Part shown: in pieces, positions 51,015 to 64,000 of the stretch | Position numbering within the stretch: the stretch's first letter is position 1 | Layout: each line of letters starts with the position of its first letter | Assembly (NCBI GenBank): GCA_051294375.1 | Contig: CM119263.1 | Span: 21,016,268 to 21,080,267, forward strand | DNA length: 64,000 nucleotides | Direction of reading: 5' to 3' | Origin: Paraspadella gotoi | Taxonomy: Eukaryota > Animalia > Chaetognatha | Translations under genes and position numbers: made by a program | Notes under the pieces: model-generated | Told to the model about the DNA's origin: nothing | The model's input: only the letters and a program-made list of their open reading frames with translations | Database searches by the model: none

Positions 51015-52970
51015 AGTCGGCTCTGCTTATCAGCAGATCCCGACTCTAGAGAGAAGATTAATCACATACTTTCCTACCCACACACAAAATTCAATTTCGA
51101 TTTATCTATCCAATTTTAATAAACATAATATTATTAGTAAATTTAAGTAAACACTCCAAGTAAAATATGACTTTTGTTTTTTCCATTTTAACTCATTTCC
51201 ACTCGCACGATTCCATCGAAACTTTATATCCAGCTCAATCAATCACACACTTTCCTACCATCATACAAAATTTCAAGTCAATTGCCCTATCCACTCATGA
51301 GCAATTGGCGTTCAAATAGTGAAATATTATTTTTTGTTTTTCCATTTAAACCAATTTTTACTCGCACGATCCCCTCGAAACTTCATATCCATCTCAATCA
51401 CAAAGTTTCCTACCCCACACACACAAATTTCATACCTATCCTCCATCCAATCACGAGTAATTAGAGTTTTTTGCTAAGGTGGGACGGAGGACGGACGGAC
51501 GAGACGGACGGAGGACGGACGGACGACGGACGGACGGAACGGACGGACGGACGGACGGACGGACGGAGGACCGGACGGACGGGACGGAACGGACGGACGG
51601 ACGGACGGACGGAACGGACGGACGGACGGACGACGACGACAGGGACGGCGGACGGACGGACCGGACGGACGGACGGACGGACGAGGACGGAACGGACGGA
51701 CGGACGGAACGGACGGACGCGACGGACGGAACGGACGGACGGACGGACGGACGGACGGCGGACGGCGACATCGTTTTTTTTTACATAATTAATCATAATT
51801 CGATGTTCTGACATGTTGATAAGTGGTGTGCCCGACAATATTTGAGGGGGCGGACCGACGGACCGACAAAGTGATTTAGAGTTCGGGANNNNNNNNNNNN
51901 NNNNNNNNNNNNNTCACACCGCATATTTGCTGTCAAGACTGGGCATAATTTATTCAACTGGCCTAATTGGTCAACTAGCATAATTTGGTCCAACAGGGCA
52001 TAATTGGTCAACTTTGCAGAACTATCTAGAGCTTAGCAGAATTTTTGGTCAGACTGGCATCAATTTGTCATTTAAGAATTGGTCCAACTGGCATATTTTG
52101 TCAATTGGCATAAATTTGCGTCAATCATCAATCAATCAATCAATCAATCAGGAGAGAGATAGAGAGAGAGAAACTTTTAATAAATTCAAATAAATGTGTC
52201 TTTTGGTTTTCTAATTTGAACTCTTTCCACTCTACGATTCCATTCCAGAAAAATTTATATCAGCTTTATCACATACTTTCCTACCCCACACACAAATCAA
52301 TTTCGATTTATCTATCCATTTTTAATAACATATAATATTAGTAAATTTAAGTAAAAACACTCCAAGTAAATATGACTTTTGTTTTTTCCATTTTAACTCA
52401 TTTCCACTCGCACGATTCCATCGAAACTTTATATCAGCTCAATCACACACTTTCCTACCCATCATACAAAATTTCAAGTCAATTGCCCTATCCACCTCAT
52501 GAGGCAATTGGCGTTCAAATAGTGAAATATTATTTTTTGTTTTTTCCATTTAAACACAATTTTTACTCGCACGATCCCCTCGAAACTTCAATATCCATCT
52601 CAATCACAAAGTTTCCTACCCACACACACAAAATTTCATACCTATCCATCCATCCAATCACGAGTAATTAGAGTTTTTTGCTAAGGTGGGACGGAACCGG
52701 ACGGACAGGACGGACGGGACGGACGGACGGACGGAGCGGCACGGACGGAAGACGGACGGACGGAGGACGGACGGACGGACGGACGACGGAACGGACGGAC
52801 GGACGGACGGACGGGGTGCGACTCGTTTTTACAGTAATTATATCATAATCCGATGTTCTGACATTGTTATGTGTGCGTGCCCGACAATATTGAGGGGGCG
52901 GACCGACGGACCGACAAAGGTGAATATATAGAGTCGGGATCTGCTGGATAGCGCAGTACGGCCGACTAAA
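51015..52970 (-). mobile_element. HINE family A copies (two tandem minus-strand copies separated by a 25-N gap, plus a short + strand head at 51015-51050)
   Basis: 51060-51888 and ~51940-52970 share the tandem units, an expanded (GGAC)n and the CCCGACAATATTGAGGGGGCGGACCGACGGACCGACAAAG head. Confidence 0.7.
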
Positions 52971-53053
52971 TGAAGTGCGTGACGACGACGACGTGCGATC
53001 TCTTCCCCGCCGGCCGTCTCGACCAAATTATGTCAGTTGACCAAATTATGTCA

Positions 53054-53097
53054 GTAGACATGTTTTGACTCAGAGATTTTTGAGTCTTCATCAGCGC
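53054..53097 (-). ncRNA. Degenerate minimal hammerhead ribozyme
   Basis: Minus strand CTGATGA-A-GACTC-AAAAATCTCT-GAGTC-AAAAC-ATGTC. CUGAUGA and stem II are intact, GAAA is changed to AAAA, and there is no stem I pairing. Confidence 0.6.
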
Positions 53098-53285
53098 TTT
53101 TGACAGTTGTGAATAATGGGACAATTTGTGAGTTAAAGAAAGAGAGAGAGAGAGAGAGACAGAAAAGGTTAAGGTTTCCAACAAAGAATTGAGAGAGATT
53201 AGTGGTCACTTTAGAGGACAGATTTAGTTGAGGCTAGATAGAATAAGTGGTGAAAAGAAATGAAATTTGGTGAAGGTGAGAGAGA

Positions 53286-53355
<70 letters not shown>

Positions 53356-53578
53356 AACAATTACATTTGAGCAATGTACAACAAAGATAAAATTAAACAA
53401 ACTTGATTTGTATGTCTAATAACAAAATTGCAATAAATTAATTTTGAAGTTTGAAAAATTGAAATGAATGAAATTTGAAATATAAGAGTTTAATTCAAGA
53501 GGGATAGATAAGTAAAGATTTTAGTGAAATATAAGATGTATGAAAGAGCTCAAAATGAGCAATTGTTAAAATGAGCAA

Positions 53579-54229
53579 TTGGTGAAACCGAAAGACAAAA
53601 TCCTCAGACCGAAAACATCAGGAGCCGTCTATTGGGCGGCCTGTGCAGGTACGGGCAACCAACCCTGTGCAGCAGCATATGTGGGCGAAACAGGCAAGTC
53701 TCTCTTAGACCATTTCCAACAGCACGTAAGACCCTACAGAGACACTCGTGGCCATATCATGTCCGCTATAGCAGAGCATGCAACGCTCATTGGGCATCGA
53801 TTCAGAGAGGAAGACTGTCTCGTGCTGTCCCATGACCCAAAATGGTTCTCAAGAGGTAATAGAGAGGCGATTTACATCAAGGCCCTCGAACCTTCTTTGA
53901 ATCGTGATGGAGGACGATTCGACCTCCCTCCAAACTATGATTCGCTTATCAAAAAAGTGGTGCAACGTCCCACACCACCGCAGCCGCACAATGACTCCCC
54001 TGTTTCTACTCAACGAATCAGGCGGAGACCTTCGGTCAATAGATGGGCATCTGATGCCTCCGAATCTCCTGCAGCAACTCGGTCTCTTTCTCTAAGGCCT
54101 GAGCGTCGTCCCAAACGACGGCTGCAGGACGATGAAGAGGGTTCCACCATCCCTGCAAAAGTGGCAAGAGTGGATACTCGCCCGCCTCAACAGTTGCCAG
54201 ACCATGTTTCGACTCAGAGATTTTCGAGT
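53579..54229 (+). mobile_element. 5'-truncated Penelope-like retroelement: GIY-YIG endonuclease domain (Penelope/Poseidon type)
   Basis: Translation LVKPKDK..SGAVY..C......C...YVGETG...H..SAIAEH.....H.F...WFSRGNREAIYI....PSLNRDGGR matches the PLE GIY-YIG endonuclease pattern with CCHH residues. No RT lies upstream and the frame runs into an N-gap. Confidence 0.9.
54192..54229 (-). ncRNA. Minimal hammerhead ribozyme, 3' half (5' half in gap)
   Basis: Minus strand ACTC-GAAAATCTCT-GAGTC-GAAAC-ATG-GTC-TGGCAACT gives stem II, the GAAA core, a tiny stem III and the GUC site. An identical 38-mer lies at 62793-62830. Confidence 0.65.
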
Positions 54230-54756
54230 NNNNNNNNNNNNNNNNNNNNNNNNNNNNNNNNNNNNNNNNNNNNNNNNNNNNNNNNNNNNNNNNNNNNNNN
54301 NNNNNNNNNNNNNNNNNNNNNNNNNNNNNNNNNNNNNNNNNNNNNNNNNNNNNNNNNNNNNNNNNNNNNNNNNNNNNNNNNNNNNNNNNNNNNNNNNNNN
54401 NNNNNNNNNNNNNNNNNNNNNNNNNNNNNNNNNNNNNNNNNNNNNNNNNNNNNNNNNNNNNNNNNNNNNNNNNNNNNNNNNNNNNNNNNNNNNNNNNNNN
54501 NNNNNNNNNNNNNNNNNNNNNNNNNNNNNNNNNNNNNNNNNNNNNNNNNNNNNNNNNNNNNNNNNNNNNNNNNNNNNNNNNNNNNNNNNNNNNNNNNNNN
54601 NNNNNNNNNNNNNNNNNNNNNNNNNNNNNNNNNNNNNNNNNNNNNNNNNNNNNNNNNNNNNNNNNNNNNNNNNNNNNNNNNNNNNNNNNNNNNNNNNNNN
54701 NNNNNNNNNNNNNNNNNNNNNNNNNNNNNNNNNNNNNNNNNNNNNNNNNNNNNNNN

Positions 54757-57700
54757 ATTAATAATAAAATCGTTGTAACAATTCAAAATTCCTTGTTTAC
54801 AAATCGTATTACTATAAATCATGAAAAATATTTTTTTTTAAATCAGAATTTTTAAAAACGGACTCGGGTAGAGATTGAAAAAATAAAAAAAATATTACTA
54901 CAAGATTTCCCAATTTTTTTGTTTTATTGCTTAAAATTAGCCAAAACTATAAAAATTATGGTATGACGATGATGATGATGATTTTAAAAAGTTTTTCCAT
55001 TATTTGACCCATTTATCATCAAAATATTAAAAAACACATTATACTTTGTATAGACAACTTTTTATGGGCTATCTGAATCCGTTCTTAAAAAAAATTTTTA
55101 TTGCCTATGCATTGATAAATATTTAAATGCTTTAATGTTATACAGTCCTTCACTAATTAAAAAAGTGATATTAAATATTGATTAAGTATATGATGGACAA
55201 ATGAATTTGATATTACAAAACTCTTAATGATAAAAAGTGATCAATTTTGGCCCGCCTTAATATGCAATGATAATCGATCATTGATGATCTTTCAATCAAC
55301 TGATCAATCAGCCAATCAATAATTTTATCTGAGAGAGAGAGAGAGAGTGACTTCGCGTCAAAATCATCAGAGATAAGGGGAGATATGTTAAAGCTCTGCA
55401 AATTTTACAAGCATGCAGTTGATGTTATGGTTCTAGTTACTACTCGTTAAAGAGTTAAAAATTTGGTTTAAAAATGTAAAATTTTAACAAAGTTTTTAGA
55501 AAGTTGAACTATAAATATTTGAAGTACTAATCCATCCTACATTAAATTACATAAATTGTGTCGTTTATTTTTGGACGACTTCATATATTCAATTTTGTAG
55601 TAAATAAAAATTGAAGATTAGCTTTAGGTCTAATCCAAATTTACAGCGTATAACGAAAATAAAAACTTTTTATCACGATTCCCAAGCCAAATTATGGTTT
55701 GTTTTTCAAATATGTAAGTAGACCCAAACTTTGATATAGATTATCGGTTTCTAAAAAACGTTGCCTTAATCATAGTATATAAAATTTGTATAAAATTTCT
55801 TTTTATCATCGAACTAGAATCCCATCCATATCATTTCGTATCTTTTTATTGTTAAGCACGCGTTCAAGCCGGTTCAAAAGTAACAAAGATCTAGACTGCG
55901 TGGTTATTGTCACATATTTTTATAAAAGAGGCATCTTTTTGCCCTTGAAAGTTTGACATTATAGTTTTTATAAAATAGTATTATCATAACTCTTTATTTA
56001 TTACATAATTTCATATGATATATCTTATGAGTTTTTAGTGATGGGATTTGTATATTTATATTTTTTTCTGTATTTTAGGGAAACATTTACAATTATCACT
56101 TTTTGTTTTGCTTATGAATCGTGAACTATTTTAATAGCATAATATTAATATGATCTTTACTAGATCAATGTAATAACATCATATAATTAATAAACAATAT
56201 ATAATTCTAACAAAAAACAAACTGTCTTACGTATTATATGATTACAATTTATCCTTCTTCTTTAACTATTATTATATTATAACTTTTCCTATCTACTATG
56301 TTTCTTTTATAACTGTTATTAGGCAATACTTATCAGGCCTGAATGGCGTTTGGCATCTATAGGTAAATTTTTTTTGATTATAAAAGACTCGATTTTTTTT
56401 AGTTTTTGTATTGATTATTTTTTTATTGTTGTGATTTATAGAGATTATATAATTTTATGGTTACAATAACATTTAATTTTTTTACATTTACGAATTTTTT
56501 CAAATGTTGCTTCATCTTGTTGTACATATTGATGTATCATATTCTACTGTTTTAATCTTTGTTATCCTTTTCATTTTGTTGATTGAAAATAATTTATTAT
56601 TGTCATTCATATCTTCTTAAAATCTATATCTTATTAATATTCGTTTTCACTATCGTTATTTGATTATGAGAATTTTATCAATATTGACTTTGCTTTCTTT
56701 TTAGTTTTAACTTTTGAAATTTTATTAATTTTTGTTTCGTTGAGAAAATATTTCAAATATATATCTCTTTTATGTAAAAGTCTGTTATATTCTATAGCGG
56801 AGTTAATTGACTTAATCACTAAAATGCCGGCTTTTCAAGCTTGTGGTTAAAATTATTAAAATTTTCTACTTCTTTTCAAGAGAAGTTTTTGTTTGTTCTG
56901 AAAAAAAATTTTTCTTTTAATGCTCTTACGACCCAAACCAAGATTAAAAACCAATTTTCTGTGGAAACTATGATAACATTCTGTTTAAACTATTACTATT
57001 TGTCTAGAAATATTTTACCTTATAATTTTCACTTATTTCTGTGCAATATTATTTTTTAATTATTTTAATAGTCTATTTGTTTTTTTTATATAATTATTAA
57101 TTTTCTTATAATTTTTTTTTCGTTATTTACTTTTATGGTTATCTTATTATCAAGTTTTTCCATATTTAGCTATTTATTAAATGGTAACTTAAACGAATGA
57201 TTTATACAATTTATAATACAATTTATATTATATTATATGTAATAAGGAATTTAAGCAAACAAAATAGTTAATATTTTATTTTATGCAAAAATCTTTTTGA
57301 ATTCCTCATTTTGGAGCATTCAAGCTCTCGTTTAAATACTATTTTGTCTTATTTATATTAGTATAAATACTATAAACTATTTATATTTATAAAATATATA
57401 TTAGACCTTGCCATATATTAAAAGTTTTGAAATCAAAAAACGAGTATTGTGTAAAAGGTTACAAAAACGTTCACACAAGTGATCACACACATATATACTT
57501 TAATTTAAAACACCTTTTATTCGATTTGAAATTCTCAACATGAGAGATCCCGATCGATTTTTATCTTGCTCCTAAATTATGCAAATTACTTACGATCGAA
57601 TTTGTCAGATAACGATGACGCTCTTTATTCGCGTAATTTTAAACGTTTTATTATTGTATAAAATAAATAATTAAAAATTATAGTTTTTAGAATAATATAT

Positions 57701-60700
57701 TAGGACCTTGCCATATATGAAATGTTTGAAATCAAAAAACGAGTATTGTGTAAAAGGTGCCACTACATCATATGAATTTTTTTTGAACATTTTTTTTCCA
57801 AAAAAAATTTACAGTAAATGCTGCCAACTTTGAAAAAAATGAAAAAAAATGGTAAAAAATGGACTTTTTGCTAAATATCTTTAAAAGCTTAATTGCTAGA
57901 GGGACGAAACCCAAACTATCTTGTAGATTGGAAAAAATTGACTATGTTACATACCTCGTATTATAAATTAAGTTAGTTTTTTACTAAGGAAAATTTTTTT
58001 AAAACTATTGTTTTGGTCAATTTTGATATAAATTTTTTAAAATGATATTTTTAACAATGTTTGTGAAATATTTTGTAAAAAAAATTATGGCGAATTGAAT
58101 AAAGAAATAATTGCCTTTGTTTTGCTGAAAGAATTTTTAAAAAAGGATTATCGGTTAAAAATGTATAATTTTTTAAATTTAAAAAAAATCACTTTTCTTA
58201 ATAATTATTTATTTTAATAGGTTTGAACTAGGCTAAAGGGAAAAAGGGAATGCACTTTTTTCAGAGTAAATAAAAAAATAGTAAATTCTGATTTGACAAT
58301 AGGGAACTTTAAATATTTGTCTCACCAGGTCATTAAAGTTGTTTAATTTTTATTATTTTATGGAATTATGACTTTTAAATAGGTAGTTTTTAATTTTTTT
58401 CTATATAAAAGAAAAAGAAAAATGACAAAAGCGATTAAAATATTAAAAATTGATAAAATGAGACAAAAAGAGTAAGAAATTAATGAAAGTTAAATAACTG
58501 AGAAAAGAGTTGCTTGCTGCTTGCCAGTCGAGAAAAAAAAGTATAGTGCCCAAGAAAGAAACTAGTTATTCTATTTTTGTTATCTATTCATGATTTATAG
58601 TTAATAATTAAGTCTATTTTAAATAGTCGATTTAGTTTTGAAATATTATTTTTAATTCATCTTTGATTTTTATTCATTTCATATCTTTTATAGTTGATGA
58701 TTATCAACAAGTTGGATCTATTCTTAAATTTATCAAGCAAGCTTAATAATCTTTCCAAATCTTTTACAACTTTTGATTAAGCAATATATTTAACACAAAT
58801 TATAATTCAACTCAGTTCTGGAAACTAGCTTGACAAAGGTAATTTATGAAAAAAATAGAATAACTAGTTTTCTTTCTTTGGCACTCTAGATGATGACTTT
58901 TTTTTCTCGATCGGTAACCACGCAAGCAACTCTTCTCTCAGATGCTTTTTTTGTCTTCATTTTATCAATTTTTAATCATTTAATCGCTTTTGTTAATTTT
59001 TCTTTTCTTTTATATAGAAAAAAAAATTAAAAAAACTACCTTATTTAAAACCCATAATTCACTATAAAATGATAAAAAGTTAAAAAAACTTTAATGACCT
59101 AGTGAGACAAAAAATATTAAAGTTACCCATTGTCAAATCGTCAGAATTTTACTATTTTTTATTTACTCTTGAAAAGAGTGCATTCCTTTTTCCCTTTAGC
59201 CTAGTTCAAACCTATTAAATAAAAATAATTATTAAGAAAAATGATTTTTTTTAATTTTAAAAAATTATAACTTTTTAACCATAATCCTTTTTTAAAAATT
59301 CTTTCAGCAAAACAAAGGCAATTAATTTCTTTATTCAATCGCCATAATTTTTCTACAAAATATTTCAAAACATTGTAAATATATATCATTTTTTAAAAAT
59401 TTTATCAAAAATTGCCCAAAACAATAGGTTTTAAAAAAAATTTTCCTTAGTAAAACAACTTAACAATTATAATGCGAGGTATGTAACATAGTCAATTTTT
59501 TTCACTCTACAAGATAGTTTGGTTTCGTCCCTCTAGCAATAAAGCCTTTTAAAGATATTTAGCAAAAAGTCCATTTTTACCTATTTTTTTCATTTTTTTC
59601 AAAGTTGGCAAGCATTACTGTAAATTTTTTTTGGAAAAAAAAATGTTCAAAAAATTCATATGATGTATGGGCACCTTTTTAAACAATACTCGTTTTTGCA
59701 ATTTCAAAACTTTAATATATGGCAACGGTCAATATATATTTTATATATTATAAATATTCTATAGTATTATACTAAATTAAATAAGACAAAATAGTATTTA
59801 AACGAGAGCTTGAATGCTCCAAAATGAGGAATTTCAAAAAGATTTTTGCATAAAAATAAAATAGTTAACGTATTTTGTTGCTTAAATTCTTTATTAACAT
59901 AAATATAATTAAATTGTATTATAAAAATTTTATAAATCAATTGTTTTAAGTTACCATTTAATAAATAGCTAAAGTATTGGACAAAAAACCTTGAATAATA
60001 AGATAAAAATAACGCAATAAAAAGTAAAATATCAAAAAAAAATATAAAAGAATAATATAATATAATTAAAATTAACTTATTATAAATATTAAATTATATT
60101 TTAAAAAAAATTATTGCACAATGATTTAGAAATTGTTGAAAATTATTAATAAATTTTCTATAGCCATAGATATTTTTACAGTAATTTTTAGTCAAACGTA
60201 TTCTCTCAACGACAATTTGTTTTAATCCTTTTGGTTTGTTCCGTAAGTAGCATTTAAAAGAGAAATTTTTGTTTTCAGAAACAAAAACAAAAACTTTCTC
60301 TTTAAACAAGAGGAAAATGTTTAAATTCTTTAGAAACCACAAGCTTTGGAAAGCCGGCAAATTTTAGTGATTAGTCTAATCTTACTCCACATATTACTAT
60401 TGAATAACCAGACTTTACATAAAAACTGATAATCATAATATTTGAAACAATATTTTTCTCTTCAACTGAAACAAAAATTAAATAAATTCTAAAAAGTTAA
60501 AAACTAAAAACTGAAAAAAAAAGGGAAAAAAAAACTAAATGTCAATCATTTGCATAAATTCTCAGGTATATACATATACGATAAGTGAAAAGAATTTCGA
60601 TTTTAAATATCAGAATCAATGATTTAAGTATATTATGTTTTGGAGAGAACAATGAAAATAAATTAATCTTTTCAATCAACAAAATTGGAAAAAACATGGC

Positions 60701-62792
60701 AGTAAACCAAATTATGATTTAAAAACAATATGATCAATATATGATAACATTTTAAATTGTTAACAAACAACGATGAAGGCTACAATTAGTCGGGAAAATG
60801 TCCTATCTTATGTAAAACAACATTATATCGTCATTGTTACACATTAAAAAGTTATTATTTCGCTCTCTAAATCAAACAACAAATGAAAAGAAATAATACA
60901 ATAACTAAAAACTAAAAAAAAATCCGAGATAATTTTTTATAATTCAAAAAAAATTTGACTATGGCGATGCTCAAACTCGTCATTCATCCTGAAATATTGG
61001 CCTATAACATTATAAAATGAAAACTACTAGTACATAAGGAAAAATGGGTTTATATATAATATGTTTAAGGAAGAAGGGGATAAAATTGTAATCAAATCAT
61101 ATCCGTTAAAGTCATTTTTTGCTTTTTGTATAAATAATATAAAATTTATTACAATATAATCTATATTAATATTGTATTATCATTTGCCACTTATAAGATC
61201 ATATTAATATATTAAATTTCTCTTTAAATATAGTTCATACTGAATTTCAGTAAGCAAACAAAAAAAAATATAGTGATTAAATTTCTAAAATGTTTTCCTC
61301 ATAAAAAAACAGGGAAAAAAAAACCTATTAAAAAATCACAACAGCCGCTCAGCACTAAAAACTCATAAATTATTAATCATTATGAAATATTAATAAAACG
61401 TAGATAAATATTATTCATAATACATATTTATTAAAAAAAACCTAAACTTACTCGTCCAATTTCTCACAGGCAAAAAGATGCGCTCTTTTTTATGAAAAAT
61501 TCAGTGAATATTCGCCAGAGTTCCGCTAGTATCTTTTGTTTCTTTTTGACCGGCTTGACCGGTCTCATTTACAATAAAAAGATACGACAATGACGTATTC
61601 GATCTCGGATCTCTTATGATTCGATGCCATTAAAATGAAATATTTTTATACGAAACATCATATTTATTATACCGTCTGATTAAGTGTGCCGAACGTTTTT
61701 CTATGAAACTCGATATACTGTACTATTTCTAACTTTGGGGTCTACTTAACATCATTTGAAAAACAAACCATAATTTGCTTGGGAAATCGTGATAAAAAGT
61801 TTTATCTTCCGTATATACGCTTGTAAAATTTCGGATTAGAACACTAAAGCCTAATTTCAATTTTTATTTTACTACCAAAATTGAATATATGAAGTCGTAC
61901 CAAAAAACGACACAATCTTATGTAATTTAATGTAGGAATGGATTAGTACTCTCAAATATTTATAGTTCAACTTCTAAAAACTTTCGTTAAAAATTTCTAC
62001 ATTTTTAAACCAAATCTTTAACTCTTTAACGCAGTGAGTAACTAGAACCACATAAACAATTCACACTGCATGCTTGCTAAATTTGCAGAGCGTTTAACAT
62101 ATCTCCCCTTATCTCTGAATGATTTTGACGCGAAAGTCACTCTCACTCTCTTCTATAGATAAAAATTATTGATTGAGCTGATCTGATCAGTGATGAAAGA
62201 TATCAATATGTCGATTTATCACATTGACATATTAAGGGTGGCCAAAAATGATCGACCTTCATTCATCAATTAAGAGTTCTCTGTAATATTCAAATGGTCA
62301 TTTGGTCCATCATAATACTTAATCAATATTAATATCACTTTTTTAATTAGTGAAGGACTGGTAATAACATTAAAAGGCATTTAAATATTTATCCAATCAG
62401 CAATAGGCAATTATAAATCGATTTTTTAAGAACGGATTCAGATAGCCCATAAAAAGTCTTGTCTAATAACAAAGCTATAATTCGGTGTTTTTTATCATTT
62501 TCGATGAATAAATGCGGTCAAATAAAATGGAAAAATTTTCTAAAATCATCCATCATCAGTCGTCATACCATTAATTTTTATTTTTAGTTTTTGGCTAATT
62601 TTAAGCCAATAAAACAAAAAAATTTGGGAAAATCTTGTAGTAATATTGCTTTCTTTATTTTTTTTCAATCTCTACCCGAGTCCGTTTTTAAAAAATTCTG
62701 ATTTAAAAAAAAATACTTTTTCCATGATTTAATAGTAATACGATGTTATAACCCAAGGAATTTGAATAGTTACAACGCATTTTTAATTAATA
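54757..62792. repeat. ~8-kb inverted duplication (arms ~54757-58580 and ~58850-62792)
   Basis: For example GGACTCGGGTAGAGATTGAAAAA (54860) vs TTTTTCAATCTCTACCCGAGTCC (62661), and AGAAACTAGTTATTCTATTTTT vs AAAAATAGAATAACTAGTTTTCT at the inner ends. The arms differ by many indels. Confidence 0.92.
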
Positions 62793-62830
62793 AGTTGCCA
62801 GACCATGTTTCGACTCAGAGATTTTCGAGT
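62793..62830 (-). ncRNA. Minimal hammerhead ribozyme, 3' half (second copy)
   Basis: Identical to 54192-54229 and also ends at an N-gap. Confidence 0.6.
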
Positions 62831-64000
62831 NNNNNNNNNNNNNNNNNNNNNNNNNAACGTTTTTGAAAATCTGAATCCATCTTGATACACTAATGTAAGT
62901 TGGATAGACAATCTGACAGACACACTGACCAAAGGTTTTTGATACACTTGCGTGGCTCTTAATCACGGTGCATCTAAAAATAATATAAAAAATACAAATT
63001 AAATTAATAAACTAAAATTGATCTTTACTTTTTCTATTTAAATCTACTTCCACTAGCTTGATTCCATTGAAACTTGAATTCCAGCTCAATGTACTAGTTT
63101 TTTAATCCCGGACAAAATTTCAACTCAATTGATTTATCCAAACATAAGTAATAAGACTTTAAAGGTAAGGGATAAAGGATGGACAGACAGACAGATGGAC
63201 AGACAAATGTTTGAAGTTTTTGATATCAAACGACAGATTAAACAGAGGAGATTCTGACTGTATTGTTTTTTAAGGGATATGTTGTTTACACGTTACAGAA
63301 TAGACCAATATTTTTTTAGTTTGAATTCTGATGGCATTTATGTATTTAACTGTATCTTGAGAGCTTTAAGAGATTTTGCATTAATTTTTATACATAACAT
63401 TCACGAAGTAATAACCTAGGATGAGAAACAATAAAAAAATAAAAAAATCAATAATGAAAATTTTTTTTTAACTGCATAGTTTATTCTACGAGACTGTACA
63501 TCTCGTCTTAACTTAACTTAATAAGTAAAACAATTTCAAAAAGACTATATTTAGCTAAAACAGAACTAATATTAAAATCCAAAATAAAAATAGACATATT
63601 TAGATTTAATATTGCAATAATCATCTCTTACAGTTGGACTTTTTCTCTTTCTTTCTCTCTCTTTCTTTCTCTCTCTCTCTCTTTCTTTCTCTCTCTCTAT
63701 TACTCATACACATATTTGTTTGTTTTATTTATGATGAATGATTCATCACATCAATGAATGACTATCATCGCATCAATGAATGATTATCATCACATCAATG
63801 AATGACTATCATCGCATCAATCATTTGATTATCATCGCATCAATCATTTTGGTTATCATCGCATCAATCATTGGTTATAGGTTAACATCGCATCAATTTT
63901 TTGTTTTTCTTTTTTTATTTCTTTATTTCCTCCTCTCGACTGGCGAGATCACTATTCTTTTAAGATTTTAGAAAAAGTACATAGATGCTTGCAGAATAGT

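Noticed and set aside
54000-54025. Additional degenerate hammerhead at TGTTTCTACTCAACGAATCAG
   Set aside because: It resembles the 54205 motif but lacks CUGANGA and a stem II.
55440-55460. piggyBac-like end (CGTTAAAGAGTTAA)
   Set aside because: No independent partner terminus found. The mirror at ~62020 is just the other palindrome arm.

Overview
AT-rich, repeat-dominated eukaryotic (probably invertebrate animal) scaffold with no prokaryotic features. It has nine N-gaps, three of exactly 25 N, and long indel-riddled stretches that look like raw long-read gap fill. The first 30 kb holds three partial copies of one ~12-kb unit of nested non-autonomous transposons: a tRNA-derived SINE interrupted by a hAT-type element with an 8-bp TSD, Helentron-associated (HINE/DINE-1-like) elements carrying mini/microsatellites, and a 2.4-kb foldback element built from telomere-like CCCTAA/TTAGGG arrays. 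At 53.6-54.2 kb is a 5'-truncated Penelope-like retroelement (GIY-YIG endonuclease) with antisense minimal hammerhead motifs. It is followed by an ~8-kb inverted duplication. A few GC-rich islands look like host exons; the best case is a phase-compatible pair at 50214-50264 and 50594-50720. Almost all ORFs in the supplied track are microsatellite or N-gap artefacts. All alignments were made by eye.
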